Assembly (NCBI GenBank): GCA_964598315.1
Contig: CAZRBI010000005.1
Location: 1,052-65,051 of the forward strand
Direction of reading: 5' to 3'
Length of the DNA stretch: 64,000 nt
Source of the DNA: an uncultured Oscillospiraceae bacterium
Lineage (GTDB): Bacteria; Bacillota; Clostridia; Christensenellales; CAG-314
The notes under the pieces are model-generated. The model was not told where the DNA came from. It did not search any database and saw only the letters and a program-made list of their open reading frames with translations. Each line of letters opens with the position of its first letter. Position 1 is the first letter of the stretch. Positions 19,180 through 29,123 of this stretch are shown in pieces. A program made the translations under genes and the position numbers.

Positions 19180-20405
19180 TGAAAGCGTGTTTGATAGGCG
19201 GAAAGTTGAGATACAGTTTTTCCAAAACAGTTCACGAAAAACTGGGCACGGACTACGACCTTGTGGAAGTCGCCGACGAAAAATTGGGCGAATTTGTCAA
19301 CAGTCGTCGCTATGATTTTTTCAACGTGACCATTCCTCACAAAAAAAGCGTCGTGCGGTTTCTGAACAAAACGGACGCAACTGTCGATCGTACGGGGTGC
19401 GTCAACACGGTTGTGTGTAAAGATGACGTTGTGGGCTACAACACCGATCTGTTCGGCATCGAATTTGTTTTTGAGCGTTGCAAAATCGATGTTCGCGGCA
19501 AACACGCAGTTGTTTTGGGAAGCGGTGCCACGTCGCAAACGGTGTGCGAGTATTTGCATGGTCACGGAGCGCAGTCGGTCACGGTAGTGGGCAGAACATC
19601 AAAATTCAACTATCAAAACTACGCACGACTTTCTCAAACGCAAATACTTGTTAACACCACACCTGTGGGAACCTATCCCGATTGCGATCGGCCTTTGGTG
19701 AATTTGTCGGTCTTTGCTCGTTTGGAGTTTGTTTTCGACGTGGTGTACAATCCGTTGAAAACAAAATTGATTTTGCAAGCGGAAAATATCGGCATTCCTT
19801 GTGCGGGCGGTCTTGCAATGCTTGTTGCGCAAGCAGTGCGCTCCGAAGAAATATGGCAAAACAAGCCGTTGGTTCATTTGACGGAAAGTTTGCTTTGCGA
19901 GGTACGTCGCGATTTGACAAACGTAGTTTTGGTGGGCATGCCGTCTTGCGGCAAAACCGTTGTAGGCAAAGCATTGGCGCAAAAACTCAACAAACGTTTT
20001 GTCGATTTGGACACGGAAGCGGAAAGTTGCGGCCTGACTGTCGAAGAAATTATTTTGCGTCACGGCGAAAAGTATTTCAGAGAAATCGAGTCGAAAAACG
20101 CATCTAAATTCGGCAAAGAACACGGGCTTGTGATAGCCACCGGCGGCGGAACGGTTTTGAACAACGAAAACGTCGTTGCCTTACGTCAAAATGCGTGTAT
20201 GGTGTGGTTGCAACGGGATTTGCCGTTGCTTTCGTCGAAAAATCGTCCGCTCAGCAAGCTTGTCGGTGTGGAAAAGCTGTTCGAACAACGCAAAGAACTT
20301 TATGCAAAGGCGGCGGATTGTTGCGTTTTCAACAACGACGATTTATCCTGTGCCGTTTCGGAAATTGCGAACGTTTTCGAACGGTGGGTAGAAAAACAAA
20401 AATGA
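19179..20405 (+). CDS. Bifunctional shikimate dehydrogenase / shikimate kinase fusion
   Basis: AroE part: SFS, NVTIPHK, VNT, GYNTD, GSGAT, DVVYNP, MLVAQA. AroK part: VLVGMPSCGKT, FVDLD, GEKYFR, IATGGG, RPL. Confidence 0.92.
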   Translation: MKACLIGGKLRYSFSKTVHEKLGTDYDLVEVADEKLGEFVNSRRYDFFNVTIPHKKSVVRFLNKTDATVDRTGCVNTVVCKDDVVGYNTDLFGIEFVFERCKIDVRGKHAVVLGSGATSQTVCEYLHGHGAQSVTVVGRTSKFNYQNYARLSQTQILVNTTPVGTYPDCDRPLVNLSVFARLEFVFDVVYNPLKTKLILQAENIGIPCAGGLAMLVAQAVRSEEIWQNKPLVHLTESLLCEVRRDLTNVVLVGMPSCGKTVVGKALAQKLNKRFVDLDTEAESCGLTVEEIILRHGEKYFREIESKNASKFGKEHGLVIATGGGTVLNNENVVALRQNACMVWLQRDLPLLSSKNRPLSKLVGVEKLFEQRKELYAKAADCCVFNNDDLSCAVSEIANVFERWVEKQK

Positions 20406-20506
20406 TTGTGTAACATTTTGTGTCGTACGTAGTGCAAAAATCGGTGCATAAGTGCAATGAAAACATCGGAAAAACTTTCGTGTTTGCCCAACGGTGATTG
20501 TTATCG

Positions 20507-20535
20507 TTGCGTTTTGAAAAACAAAGTAGTATAAT
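20507..20535 (+). promoter_or_regulatory. SigA promoter of trkAH
   Basis: TTGCGT-N17-TATAAT. Confidence 0.65.
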
Positions 20536-20582
20536 TCACTTGTTCGGCAATGCAAAAAGCATTGTCGCAAAAAGAGGTTGTA

Positions 20583-21944
20583 ATGAGAGTAATTGTTGTC
20601 GGTTGCGGCAAAATAGGAAGGGCAATTTTGGAAAGTTTGGCTGACGAGCGTCACGACGTTGTTGCCATAGACAACGATCCGGAAGTCATTCCGTTTGTCA
20701 CAAACACCTACGACGTGATGGCCGTGTGCGGCAATGCCACGTCGCGCGAAATGTTGAATGCTGCCGAAGTTTCCAAGTGCGATTTGTTCATTGCCGTCAC
20801 TCAATCGGACGAAGTGAACATGTTGTCTTGTTTTTTAGCTAAAAAAATGGGTGCAAGGCACACGGTAGCAAGAATACGCGAATCGGAGTACAACGAAGAA
20901 GGGTTGGAATTTTTAAGCAAGCAATTGGAATTGTCCATGGCGCTCAATCCCGAACAACTTGCGGCAGAATCGATGTTCGACTTGCTCAAATTGCCTTCTG
21001 CTGTCAGTGTCGACAATTTTGCCGGCAAAAAAATACAAATTTTGGAACTTATCGTGCGCGAAAATTCCAAATTGTGCGGCGCGGCATTGTTGGATCTGCG
21101 CAAAAAATGTCCCGTTCAATTTTTGGCGTGTGCCGTCAAGCGTGAAAACATCGCCGTTATTCCCAACGGTTCGTTTTGTTTGCAAGCAGGCGATAAGGTT
21201 GCTTTCATGGTAAAGCGCAGCGACAGTCACAAGTTTTTGAAGGCCATCGATTTCGTTCACAAACAGGGGCGCGACGTGATGATTTTGGGTGCAAGCTCAA
21301 CTGCGTACTATTTGGCAAAAATGCTTGCGGCAAACAACTATTCCGTCAAAGTGGTGGAAAAAAACCAAGTGCGTTGCGAGGAATTTGCCGAAAAAGTTCC
21401 AGAAAACATCAGCGTCATTTGCGGCGACGGCATGAATCAGGATTTGCTTTTGGAAGAGGGTATTCGTTCTATCGATGCAATGGTTGCGCTGACGGGTAAG
21501 GACGAAGAAAACATCCTCATTTCCTTCTACGCTCTCAGTCAACAAGTTGCAAAGGTGATTTCCAAGGTGAGCCACGGGGAATTGGCTTCGCTCGCGGAAA
21601 AACTGGGATTGGATTGTGTCGTGTCACCTCAAAAAATAGTTGCAAACGTGTTGACAAGGTATGCCCGCGCATTGAATGCGTCCGGTCAAAGCAAGATGGA
21701 AACTCTCTATCGACTTATGGAAGGCGATGTCGAAGCGTCCGAATTTGTGGTTTTGCCCGATTGTGGCGTCATAGGATATCCCCTCAAAGATTTGAAATTG
21801 AAAAACAATCTGCTTATTGCCGGTATCATACGCGGTAAGGAAACTATCATTCCGTCCGGTGACGACGTCATTTGCGAAGGTGACAAGGTGATAGTTGTTG
21901 CAACGAATTTGCATTTGCACGATTTGTCCGACGTTTTGAGGTAG
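20583..21944 (+). CDS. trkA: Trk potassium uptake regulatory subunit
   Basis: Two RCK_N/RCK_C pairs; VVGCGKIG, SDEVN, LNPE, DEENI, IIPSGD. Confidence 0.95.
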   Translation: MRVIVVGCGKIGRAILESLADERHDVVAIDNDPEVIPFVTNTYDVMAVCGNATSREMLNAAEVSKCDLFIAVTQSDEVNMLSCFLAKKMGARHTVARIRESEYNEEGLEFLSKQLELSMALNPEQLAAESMFDLLKLPSAVSVDNFAGKKIQILELIVRENSKLCGAALLDLRKKCPVQFLACAVKRENIAVIPNGSFCLQAGDKVAFMVKRSDSHKFLKAIDFVHKQGRDVMILGASSTAYYLAKMLAANNYSVKVVEKNQVRCEEFAEKVPENISVICGDGMNQDLLLEEGIRSIDAMVALTGKDEENILISFYALSQQVAKVISKVSHGELASLAEKLGLDCVVSPQKIVANVLTRYARALNASGQSKMETLYRLMEGDVEASEFVVLPDCGVIGYPLKDLKLKNNLLIAGIIRGKETIIPSGDDVICEGDKVIVVATNLHLHDLSDVLR

Positions 21945-21948
21945 CACA

Positions 21949-23421
21949 ATGAACTATCGAGTTATTTTTCACAACTTGGGCTACGTTCTGACGACACTTG
22001 CGGCACTGTTGTTGCTACCCATGATAGTGTGCTTTTGCTACGGCGAGGTGAGTTGGTGGTCGTTTTTGACAACCTCCGGCATTTGCTTGGCTTGCGGCTT
22101 GCCCCTTGTTGTTGCGCTAAAACCCAAAGATCAAGTGTTCTTTTCTCGCGAAGGGTTGATCATCGTTGCCGTTTCGTGGGTAAGTCTGTCGCTTTTGGGC
22201 GCATTGCCGTTTGTCATAAGCGGAACAATTCCGTCTTATGTGGATGCTCTCTTCGAGACGGTAAGCGGATTCACCACCACCGGGGCATCGCTGATAGACG
22301 GCACAAAACTCGAAACGATGCCCAAGGGTATGTTGTTTTGGCGCAGTTTCACGCAGTGGATCGGCGGCATGGGCGTCATTGTGTTCATCATGGCAGTGGT
22401 CAACGGTTCGTCGGAAAGAAGCATGCACGTGCTACGTGCCGAAATGCCCGGCCCTACGGTGGATAAACTTGTGCCTCGTGCAAGAACTACTGCCAAAATA
22501 TTGTATTTGATCTACGTCGGGTTTACCGTTTCAGAAATAATATTGCTTTTGTGCGGCGGAATGCCGTTTTTTGACAGTGTCGTGCACACGTTCGGCACGG
22601 TAGGCACCGGCGGAATGGGCATCAAGGCGGACAGTGTTGCAAGTTACACCCCGTTTTGCCAGTGGGTTATCGTCGTTTTCATGGCTTTGTGCGGCGTCAA
22701 CTTCAACGTGTACTATCTTGTGATAATGCGCAAATTCCGTCAGGCCTTGTCTTCTCGCGAATCGTGGTTGTATTTTGCCATAATATTCCTGTGCGCATCG
22801 GCGGTGGCAATAAATGTGTACAACGCTTTGTCCTACACAAGCACGGTTGGCGAATCGGTGCGTGTTGCGGTGTTTCAGGTTGTTTCTGCAATATCTTCCA
22901 CAGGTTATACGTCAATTCCAACAAGCAATTCTCTCGGATCGTTGCCGGTGTTCACACAAAGTGTGTTGTTTTTGCTGATGATTATCGGCGGATGTGCAGG
23001 GTCCACTGCCGGTGGTTTGAAAATATCTCGCGTTGCAATTTTGTGTGCGGCAGTAAGAAAAAATCTGCGCAAAGCCTTGCATCCTCGCAACGCCAACGTG
23101 GTGCGTCACGAAGGAAAACCTCTCAGCGAAGAAGTTATGCACGAAGTGACGGGATACTTTGGCCTGTATGCCATGATTTTGATTGTGACGTTTTTGCTTT
23201 TAAGTTTGGACGGCAGTGACGGTCTCGCGTTCGAATCCAATTTGGTGGCGGCAGTGTCTTGTTTCAGCAACAACGGACTACTTTTCGGTGCGCCGTCTGT
23301 AGGGTTTGCGTCTTACTCTACGTTTTCACACATTGTGATGATTTTTGCCATGCTGTTGGGAAGATTGGAAATCTATCCGTTGCTTTTGTGTTTGACGCCT
23401 ACGACGTGGATCAAAAAATAA
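21949..23421 (+). CDS. trkH: Trk potassium uptake membrane subunit
   Basis: FETVSGFTTTGAS, WIGGMG, GTGG, SSTGY, GGCAGSTAGGLK, MLLGRLEI. Confidence 0.95.
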   Translation: MNYRVIFHNLGYVLTTLAALLLLPMIVCFCYGEVSWWSFLTTSGICLACGLPLVVALKPKDQVFFSREGLIIVAVSWVSLSLLGALPFVISGTIPSYVDALFETVSGFTTTGASLIDGTKLETMPKGMLFWRSFTQWIGGMGVIVFIMAVVNGSSERSMHVLRAEMPGPTVDKLVPRARTTAKILYLIYVGFTVSEIILLLCGGMPFFDSVVHTFGTVGTGGMGIKADSVASYTPFCQWVIVVFMALCGVNFNVYYLVIMRKFRQALSSRESWLYFAIIFLCASAVAINVYNALSYTSTVGESVRVAVFQVVSAISSTGYTSIPTSNSLGSLPVFTQSVLFLLMIIGGCAGSTAGGLKISRVAILCAAVRKNLRKALHPRNANVVRHEGKPLSEEVMHEVTGYFGLYAMILIVTFLLLSLDGSDGLAFESNLVAAVSCFSNNGLLFGAPSVGFASYSTFSHIVMIFAMLLGRLEIYPLLLCLTPTTWIKK

Positions 23422-23767
23422 CAATCCGTGCGGAAACTCGGCAAAAGTGTTTTCAAAAAAATGCAAAAGTTTGATGTCTTTTGTGACGTCAAACTTTTTT
23501 TGTGTCATTTGTCGGCATCGTTTTGAAAATTCTCAAGTTAACATTCAGCAGAATGTTATAAAGTGGTGCACAGACAAAAGAACACGGCAATTTGTGTCGG
23601 CTCCTCGGCAAACAAAAACGTTTTGCAAAGTTTTTTCGAAATTTTACTCAAAAAACAGCCGCGTTAAGTGTCAAAAATGCGCTCAAAATTTGCAAAATGT
23701 ACGTTTCGGTTGCTTTTTTGATACTTGTTTGATATAATCGGGCAAATAACACGCGAGGCAACAGACA

Positions 23768-24457
23768 ATGGAACAACTGAAATTCAAAAGATACGAATTT
23801 AAGTATTTGATTGATGAAAATCAGTATAACGGCCTTGTTGCGTTGCTCGACGTTCACGCCCGTCCCGATGTTCACAAAAAATCGACGGTGTGCAATATGT
23901 ACTACGACACTCCGACGCATCTTTTGATAAGACGTTCCATCGAAAAACCCGTCTATAAGGAAAAATTGCGTCTGCGTTGCTACGGCATTCCGCAATCCGA
24001 AAGCAAAGTTTTTGTAGAACTCAAAAAAAAGTACGAATCGGTTGTCTATAAACGCAGAATCAAAATGAAGTTGTGCGATGCAACTAGACTGTTGGAGGAA
24101 AAAACTTGCGAATGCAAATCGCAGGTGTTGGAAGAAATCGTGTATTTTGCCAACTACTATCAAGGTTTGCAGCCGTCGATGTGTATTTTCTACGACAGAG
24201 AGGCCTACTACGGCAAGGAAGACGACGATTTGCGCATAACTTTCGATAGCAACGTGCTCTTTCGAACGGACGATTTGCGTTTGGAAAAAGGAATCTACGG
24301 CGAACGAATTCTGGACGAGAATATGCGTCTTTTGGAAATCAAAACTTCCAAGGCAATTCCACTGTGGTTGACGGCTTATCTTTCAAAAGAAAAAATATAC
24401 AAAACGTCTTTTTCCAAGTACGGCACGGCCTATGGAATGACAGAGAGGAGAAAATAA
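23768..24457 (+). CDS. VTC-domain (polyphosphate polymerase/CYTH-like) protein
   Basis: RYEFKY, YYDT, KEKLRLR, ELKKK, YKRR, LRITFD, LEIK, SFSKY. Confidence 0.9.
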   Translation: MEQLKFKRYEFKYLIDENQYNGLVALLDVHARPDVHKKSTVCNMYYDTPTHLLIRRSIEKPVYKEKLRLRCYGIPQSESKVFVELKKKYESVVYKRRIKMKLCDATRLLEEKTCECKSQVLEEIVYFANYYQGLQPSMCIFYDREAYYGKEDDDLRITFDSNVLFRTDDLRLEKGIYGERILDENMRLLEIKTSKAIPLWLTAYLSKEKIYKTSFSKYGTAYGMTERRK

Positions 24458-25143
24458 TGGATATATTCAAAAGTCTGTTCGACACTGTCGGACAAGCCAA
24501 CGTGGAAGTTTGGCAATTTATCGTTTGCGTAGGTGTTGCACTTGTTTTGGGGTTGGCATTGGCATTCAGCTACGTCTACAAAACACAATGTAGCAAAAGT
24601 CTTTTTATCACGCTTTCGGTGTTACCCGCCGTTGTTGCAGTTGTCATAATGATGGTCAACGGAAATTTGGGTGCGGGAGTTGCCGTGGCAGGTGCATTCA
24701 GCTTGGTTCGTTTCCGTTCCGCTCCGGGCACGGCAAAGGAAATCTCCGCAATTTTCATTGCAATGGGCACGGGACTTATTTTGGGCATGGGCTACGTTGC
24801 CTATGCCGTGTTGTTCGTGATCATCATGGGTGCGGCAATGTTTGCAATCAGCGCATTCAGCCGTTCCAGAAAGGTGCTTCACACGGAAAAGTGTTTGGTT
24901 GTTACCATTCCTGAAGACGTCAACTACACCGAGGTGTTCGACGAAGTTTTGAAAAAGTATACATCAAGCTACGAACTTGTGAAGGTCAAAACAACCAATT
25001 TGGGCAGTTTGTTCAAACTAACCTACAACGTATCGTTGAAAAATGTCGACAGTGAAAAGCAACTCATCGATGAAATTCGCATTCGCAACGGCAATTTGGA
25101 GGTTTCTGTTATGAACAGAGATTTCCGTGCCGACGAACTGTAA
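24457..25143 (+). CDS. DUF4956 membrane protein
   Basis: GNLGAGVAVAGAFSLVRFRS signature; C-terminal ACT-like region RIRNGNL; translationally coupled to the VTC gene. Confidence 0.88.
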   Translation: MDIFKSLFDTVGQANVEVWQFIVCVGVALVLGLALAFSYVYKTQCSKSLFITLSVLPAVVAVVIMMVNGNLGAGVAVAGAFSLVRFRSAPGTAKEISAIFIAMGTGLILGMGYVAYAVLFVIIMGAAMFAISAFSRSRKVLHTEKCLVVTIPEDVNYTEVFDEVLKKYTSSYELVKVKTTNLGSLFKLTYNVSLKNVDSEKQLIDEIRIRNGNLEVSVMNRDFRADEL

Positions 25144-25157
25144 AATCGCGAGAAAAC

Positions 25158-25190
25158 AAACAGGGAACGCATCGTCGTTCCTTGTTTTTC
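25158..25190 (+). terminator. Intrinsic terminator
   Basis: AAACAGGGAACG-catcgt-CGTTCCTTGTTT followed by T residues. Confidence 0.65.
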
Positions 25191-25273
25191 TGTGTATGTC
25201 ATCTTTTTGCATCAACAATGCAACAATCTGCGTTTTGATTGAGGCAAAACAAAGCAAAAACAATTCGCCGAGA

Positions 25274-25302
25274 TTGACATTTGTCGGGCTCGGTAGTAAA
25301 CT
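25274..25302 (+). promoter_or_regulatory. SigA promoter of the M6 lipoprotein gene
   Basis: TTGACA-N17-TAAACT. Confidence 0.65.
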
Positions 25303-25329
25303 ACATCTATATTACTAAGAGGTGAACTC

Positions 25330-28300
25330 ATGAAGAAAAGACTACTTATTGTTTTGGCCGTAGTAATGGCTCTTGTTTGTGTGTTGGCGGCTTGCGACGT
25401 GACTTTCACGGTGACGTTCGACGCACAAAACGGTACGGATCCCACAGTGGTGGAATTCAACGGCAGTTTTTCTTTGCCGACAGCCCCCACCAACGGCGAC
25501 AAAGTGTTTGGCGGTTGGTACACGGATAAGGACTGCACCGACGGCAACGAGTGGACAATTCCCACAGTGTTGATGGGAAACGTAACCGTCTACGCAAAAT
25601 GGATCGATGCAACTCCCACACCGGACACCGCTCTCGCAACAATTCTTGCCAAGTATTCAGATGTTGACAGCTGGAATTTCCGCACAACCTACGTTTTGGA
25701 ATGTGACGGCGACTATTCCTACGACGACGTTTTGAATTTTGTGGGCGAAAACTTTTCGTGGGAATACGAGGGATACGATGAAAACCTCGATATCGCCACG
25801 TACAAAGATTATATTTGGTACGACGAAGCAAAAGAACAATACGCCTACTATTGCGACAACGGCGACGGCACCTACGACGTTTACTACGAAACGGACGATG
25901 CAGAATGGTTTGAATATTTTTATTTGTCCGCGCCGCAAGTGGATTTGTCTACACTCACGGCAGATTTGTTCACGGAAGATAACGATTGCTACGTTGCAAC
26001 AACTCCTGCAACTGTGGGCAATGCCGTGTTGGGCGATTGGGGCGACGATTGCACATTCACCGAATTCAAACTCTACGTTGCAAACAGCTACATAAGCAAA
26101 ATAGTTGCAACGCAAGAAGACACTTCCGAAGACTATGCCGGAACCTACACGTTTACGTTGGAATTCAGCAAGTACGGTGAAATTTCCATCACTCTTCCCG
26201 AAGTTGGCGACAGTGGTAAGGACGACCCTGTGCAAGATTCTACCCTTGCAACAATTCTTGCCAAGTACTCGGATATCGACAGTTGGAATTTCCGCACAAC
26301 GTACGTTTTGGAATGTGACGGCGACTATTCCTACGACGATGTTTTGAATTTTGTGGGCGAAAACTTTGCATGGCAGTACGAATACGAAAGCGAAACATAT
26401 GTGGATTACATCTGGTTCGACGAAGCTAAGGAACAGTACGTCTACTACTATGACAACGGCGACGGAACATACACAACCTACTACGAAACGGACGACGAAG
26501 ACGACTTCTACGAACTGTATGCGTCTTCTCCCTATTTAGATATGTCGGCTCTGAGTGCTTATTCGTTTACTGAAGATAACGGTTGCTATGTTGCAACAAC
26601 TCCCGCAACTGTAGGCAATGCCGTGTTGGGTGATTGGGGCGACGATTGCGCATTCACCGAATTCAAACTCTACGTTGCAAACGGCTACATAAGCAAAATA
26701 GTTGCCACGCAAGAGGATACGTCGGAATACTATGCCGGAACCTACACGTTCACGTTGGAATTCAGCAAGTACGGTGAAATTTCCATCACTCTTCCCGAAG
26801 TTAACGACAGTGGTGACAGTGGGGACTTTGTCGCTCCCACAGATAAACAAAGCTATTTGAACAGTGTTGTCGAAACTCCCGTTGTCGGCACGGAATATGT
26901 GCTTGCTTTGTGGCAAGGCAACTTGTCCGAAGTGTTGTATGCCACCGGCGCAATGGATGAAAACTTCCTTGAGATGACAGAAAACATTGCTTCTGCGGCA
27001 GTTGTCAAGTTGGAAACAGCAACCAACGGCTACTATTTGAAAGTTGGCAACAAATATGTCACTCTGAAAGGCTACGCCAAAAACAGTTATGTTAAGGCAG
27101 CGGTTTCGTTGACAGACACAGCAATGACAGTGTTCACAATCGGCAGTCACGGCGAATTTGTTTCTCACGTCGTTGTCGACGGCAAAAACGACGACTTCGT
27201 TTTGGGAACATACAACGATTATGCTACCATCAGCGCAAGTTCCACTTCCTATATTTCCGACGTGACAAAAATCGATAGCACTCAATTCTTGGCTCGCCTC
27301 ATCGATTGCAGCGGCAGCGGTTCCGGCAATGGTGGTTCCGCAAGTTCCGGCGAAGTGATGCCGGAGCAAACCTACAATTCGGAAACATTCGATAACGAGA
27401 ACTTGCAAGACAAGCTATTGAAGTACGAAAACAGTGACGGCTACGAGGGCGGAATCGGGTTGCCCTCAACCGGAACCTACAATGCACTTGTAGTACCCGT
27501 ACAATTCGGCAACAAAGTCATTACGGACACTGCACTCAACAACCTTAACATTGCATTGAACGGTACGTCTGCCGAGACGGGTTGGGAAAGCGTCAACACC
27601 TACTACAACAAATCTTCATTCGGAAAACTAAACCTCGGTTTTGATATCTGGAACTACAACATCGGTAAAGAACATGGCAACTTCACAGCAAAATATGCTG
27701 CCAAACACTACGAAGATTCCACCGACAGTGACGGATATTCCAACGGTAGCGATTTGTTGCTGAAGGAAGTTTTAAGTTGGTTGGAAGATAAAATAGATCT
27801 CACCAAGTACGACACCAACGGAGACGGATATATCGATGCAGTCTACCTCATTTATGACAACGACGTGGACTATAACGACGGAGATTTCTGGTGGGCATAC
27901 GTCACCTGGTACCAAGGCGAAGAAACGTATGACGGCAAAGGTGCCTACTACTATCTGTTTGCCGGCTTCGACTTTATGATGGAAGACGTGAACGGCGGAG
28001 AAATAACGGACAGTGTTATTGAAGGATTAAAAGTCAATGCGGTGACATATATTCACGAAACCGGACATCTTTTGGGTTTAGACGACTACTACGACTACAA
28101 CACTTCGAAAGGAAGCAACAAAGGTCTTGGCGGAGCAGACATGATGGACTACAACGTGGGCGACCACAACAAGTATTCCAAAATTATGCTTGGTTGGCTG
28201 GAACCCACAGTGATCACCACCACACAAACGTTCACCATCGATTTGACGGATAACGACACATCGAACGACTGTGTTCTCATTTTCCTGAACGGCAACAATT

Positions 28301-28728
28301 CCTATTTCTGCGAATACTTGCTTGTAGATTTGTACTCGGCAACGGGGCTCAACGAACTTCACGCCAATGCAAGCGGCACCTACCTTTATGGCGGAGCAAA
28401 ATTCGGTGCAAGAATCTACCACGTTTCAAGCGCGATAGATAACCCCTACAACGAAGACGAATATGGTTCGTTCACGAACAATAACAACTCCGTCACGAAA
28501 AACGAGTTGATCAAACTGGTTGAAGCAGACGGCAAAACAAGCAGTTCAAAAACAAAAGACGGCATCTGGGCATCTGCAAGTGACCTGTGGCAAACAGGCA
28601 GCACGCTGAAAACGGTATTCCCGAACTACGCACGTCAAGACGGCAAGTTACTGAACTTCGACATAAGTTTCGATAGCGTAACTGCCACAAGCGCGACAAT
28701 AACGGTAACTTTTGCAACGGCAGAATAA
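25330..28728 (+). CDS. Large surface lipoprotein: InlB-B/Flg_new repeat, two tandem acidic domains, linker domain, M6 (immune inhibitor A-like) metalloprotease domain
   Basis: Lipobox LAAC; TVTFD..FGGWYTD..TVYAKW; SVNTYYNKSSFGKL, KYDTNGDGYIDAV, HETGHLLGLDDYYD, GGADMM, KIMLGWL. Confidence 0.85.
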   Translation: MKKRLLIVLAVVMALVCVLAACDVTFTVTFDAQNGTDPTVVEFNGSFSLPTAPTNGDKVFGGWYTDKDCTDGNEWTIPTVLMGNVTVYAKWIDATPTPDTALATILAKYSDVDSWNFRTTYVLECDGDYSYDDVLNFVGENFSWEYEGYDENLDIATYKDYIWYDEAKEQYAYYCDNGDGTYDVYYETDDAEWFEYFYLSAPQVDLSTLTADLFTEDNDCYVATTPATVGNAVLGDWGDDCTFTEFKLYVANSYISKIVATQEDTSEDYAGTYTFTLEFSKYGEISITLPEVGDSGKDDPVQDSTLATILAKYSDIDSWNFRTTYVLECDGDYSYDDVLNFVGENFAWQYEYESETYVDYIWFDEAKEQYVYYYDNGDGTYTTYYETDDEDDFYELYASSPYLDMSALSAYSFTEDNGCYVATTPATVGNAVLGDWGDDCAFTEFKLYVANGYISKIVATQEDTSEYYAGTYTFTLEFSKYGEISITLPEVNDSGDSGDFVAPTDKQSYLNSVVETPVVGTEYVLALWQGNLSEVLYATGAMDENFLEMTENIASAAVVKLETATNGYYLKVGNKYVTLKGYAKNSYVKAAVSLTDTAMTVFTIGSHGEFVSHVVVDGKNDDFVLGTYNDYATISASSTSYISDVTKIDSTQFLARLIDCSGSGSGNGGSASSGEVMPEQTYNSETFDNENLQDKLLKYENSDGYEGGIGLPSTGTYNALVVPVQFGNKVITDTALNNLNIALNGTSAETGWESVNTYYNKSSFGKLNLGFDIWNYNIGKEHGNFTAKYAAKHYEDSTDSDGYSNGSDLLLKEVLSWLEDKIDLTKYDTNGDGYIDAVYLIYDNDVDYNDGDFWWAYVTWYQGEETYDGKGAYYYLFAGFDFMMEDVNGGEITDSVIEGLKVNAVTYIHETGHLLGLDDYYDYNTSKGSNKGLGGADMMDYNVGDHNKYSKIMLGWLEPTVITTTQTFTIDLTDNDTSNDCVLIFLNGNNSYFCEYLLVDLYSATGLNELHANASGTYLYGGAKFGARIYHVSSAIDNPYNEDEYGSFTNNNNSVTKNELIKLVEADGKTSSSKTKDGIWASASDLWQTGSTLKTVFPNYARQDGKLLNFDISFDSVTATSATITVTFATAE
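25633..26814 (+). repeat. Intragenic tandem duplication (25633-26217 and 26245-26814, ~190-195 aa each)
   Basis: Both units run from LATILAKYSD to ITLPEV with long identical nucleotide stretches and differ by a 15-bp indel. Confidence 0.92.
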
Positions 28729-28743
28729 CAAACAAAATTTCAC

Positions 28744-28780
28744 AAACACCTCGAAATGCATTTTTCGGGGTGTTTTTTTT
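28744..28780 (+). terminator. Intrinsic terminator
   Basis: AAACACCTCGAAA...TTTCGGGGTGTTT followed by a T run. Confidence 0.85.
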
Positions 28781-29034
28781 GTGTGTTTGGTAATTGTTGA
28801 ACGAAGTGCAACGCACTTCAATATTTTTATTAAATAATTCTACAATTTTTGGGAGAATTTAACACATTCTTAAACTCGACGTTGTTTCACGCCGAGTTCC
28901 TTTTTCGTTTTACATCAAAAAAAGTTTGACGAGGTTGTCAATCCACACAAAGTACTTTGTTTGCAATTTTGTGTGAATTTCAATCTTTTTTTGATAAATC
29001 TATTGTAAATTTACAACAATTTTGCCGTATACTC

Positions 29035-29066
29035 TTGACAGCCTGGGGGGGGGTACGGCGTATAAT
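29035..29066 (+). promoter_or_regulatory. Consensus SigA -35/-10 boxes separated by a 20-nt spacer containing G9 (candidate phase-variable promoter)
   Basis: TTGACA-gcctGGGGGGGGGtacggcg-TATAAT. Confidence 0.8.
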
Positions 29067-29123
29067 TGTGACATAAAAGGTTTTCATTGTTTTTATTGAA
29101 TAATCTTTCAAAGGAGGTACAAT

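Noticed and set aside
20406-20582. c-di-AMP riboswitch upstream of trkA
   Set aside because: The predicted leader is only about 40 nt and no ydaO-like motif was seen.
23447-23737. 96-aa ORF between trkH and the VTC gene
   Set aside because: AT-rich intergenic sequence containing promoter-like elements, with no RBS or homology cues.
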